Below, piece by piece: positions 62,601 through 64,000 of a stretch of DNA of 64,000 nt (the stretch's first letter is position 1; each line of letters opens with the position of its first letter). The notes under the pieces are model-generated. The model saw nothing but the letters and a program-made list of their open reading frames with translations, did no database searches and was not told the DNA's origin. The position numbers were made by a program, and so were the translations under genes. Location of the stretch: assembly GCA_030704615.1 (NCBI GenBank), contig CM060733.1, positions 65,534,001-65,598,000 on the forward strand. The letters are read 5' to 3'. The DNA comes from Takakia lepidozioides (Eukaryota; Plantae; Bryophyta).

Positions 62601-64000
62601 TGCTTCGAAGGACACCTTCGGTGCTATCATACTGATGCCATAGTCAGCCAGCTGAGTATGCAGAACCGATCTGCCCTTTCTTCCAACTGCAAAACAATAC
62701 AAATGCAAGAATGAACCCAAAAGCAATCACAGCGAATGTAAGAGGCAATAGAAAGATAAGGACAGGAAAAGAGAAAAGACAGTGACACAGGGAAGGACAT
62801 CACACCTGGCTCCAGTAAGTGGCATTGTGAAGCCAGGTGTCCAGCACATTGTCACTGACAGGAATGACACGCTGGGTCTTCTTCTCTTTCTCCGGCCTTG
62901 GGAACATGTGGGTATCCCTAACTGTGGGATCGGAGTTCCATATCTGCAGCCACTTCACCTTTTGTTCTGGAGACACAACGGCGGTAGACAACCTGTGCAA
63001 CTTCTCCTGGGCCATTTCTGGCTTGCCTGGCTTGTTATAATGGTTTTTTATCTCCAGGAGAAACTGCGGTCCGAATGATGGGTCGGCAATTCTCAACTGC
63101 TTCACGAAAGCACTCATTATAGTCCTTCTTGTAGCGGTCATCTCTTTCTGGATGCGACTCTCAACCCCCTTTGTTGTCCTTCTCTCCTCAGGGGTAGAGC
63201 TGTAGTATTCCAGTTTGCCACGCTCCCCTGCATCTGCAATGTCTTGCTGCAAGGGAATGCAAGAGAGTTGCATCAGCACAAGGTCAAGGGAAACAAACAG
63301 AAACAAACATGTGGAATATGGAAGACCAGATGAAGGAAGATGTATCTCACTGTGTACATGTACTCCATGAAAGCCTCACGGGTCAACGAGTACCACGTTT
63401 CCGATGTCTTGGAGCTTTGCACTTCTTGTACATCTCCGCTGAAAGGATGGTCTTGAAGTTGGTCAAGGGCATCTGCCCTATCCTTTGTATCCTATACAGT
63501 GTGTGAACCAAACTCGTTTTGACATGCGATGTCTCCGTTCCTCTGCAGAATGATATCTGCAAGTCAGAATGAAATTCAAGGTCTTCAATCAAAGAAGAAC
63601 GGAACCACAAGTGGAACATGTAGAATGAGAAACCAACCTGTTCACATCATTCATTGCCATCAGAAGACCCATCATGTTCCCGTCACAATCCAGCACCATC
63701 GATCGAACAGAGTAATGCCACTCTTCCTTCTGTGAGTGCAGCCTCCCAATGACAGCCATCCATGCAAGCAAGCGGTGGTTCCCATCCCAAACGTGAAACA
63801 TCTTTCCCGAGAATCCCTGGGTGGAAGGTTTCCTGGAGAGAAGAATTTCGAAGGATTCGTTCAGCTGTCTCCAAATGGGGTCCCAGGAGTCCACGATTGA
63901 CTGATCCACGAGGAGCTCATTACCTTTGGAATCCCTAGTAGAAACGTAAAAGACTGCGGATCCATCCAAATACCCATGCACAAACTCGGCCTCCAGCTTG
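59615..64000. mobile_element. TIR-family element (divergent subfamily), methyltransferase arm; continues beyond the window
   Basis: Starts GGGGGGTGCTATTCCGTGAGC with GTGAGC subterminal repeats, matching the 42872 end type. It interrupts gypsy gag at a position that is uninterrupted in the other copy (~46487). Confidence 0.82.
60511..64000 (-). pseudogene. Multi-exon ParB/Srx-like plus beta-class DNA amino-methyltransferase-like (N6A/N4C fold) fusion gene; a few frameshifts and stops; 5' end outside the window
   Basis: FHVWDGNHRLLAW (ParB/Srx motif, ~63760-63800); ELIILDIPDG (motif IV position); FLSDAGVLVL (motif VI-like); WRGARERSPAFIQTIVECCTYTDARVLDLSMGTG, intron 60820-60705 (GT..AG), then ASYHACKASARHLFGIEGDAEIY (motifs X, I, II). 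Stop at 60511. Apparent lesions near 63415, 62475 and 62280-62150. Confidence 0.78.

Noticed and set aside
60511-64000. Bacterial contamination as the source of the ParB-MTase gene
   Set aside because: The gene has GT-AG introns, lies within a TIR inserted into plant gypsy sequence, and has a decayed paralogue in the same window.

Overview
Eukaryotic nuclear DNA, most likely from a non-seed land plant (inferred from PLS/DYW-type PPR relics, spliceosomal introns and non-chromovirus gypsy elements). Almost the whole window is nested transposons and pseudogenes, and no clearly intact host gene was found. Main result: a terminal-inverted-repeat (TIR) DNA transposon family is present four times (1-3114, 34844-42872, ~47860-48236, 59615-64000). 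It pairs a Mutator-like DDE transposase/SWIM gene with a divergently oriented, intron-containing gene that fuses a ParB/Srx-like domain (VWDGNHRL) to a beta-class DNA amino-methyltransferase-like domain (LDIPDG ... VLDLSMGTG/ASYHACKASARHLFGIEGD). In the complete copy the two genes are separated by about 45 copies of a 22-bp palindrome (GGAAATGCGGCGCCGCATTTCC), which suggests a ParB/parS-like arrangement (inference). Also present: a C5-DNA-methyltransferase fragment, a gypsy element with a dUTPase-like domain, a Helitron Rep relic next to a 260/360-bp satellite, a stack of LINE copies joined at (TC)n tails plus one near full-length LINE, an L1-type ORF1, two copies of a second gypsy family, a 116-bp satellite built on a 36-bp hairpin, two PPR pseudogene clusters and a scramblase pseudogene. 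All coordinates and translations were read by eye, so boundaries are approximate unless stated.
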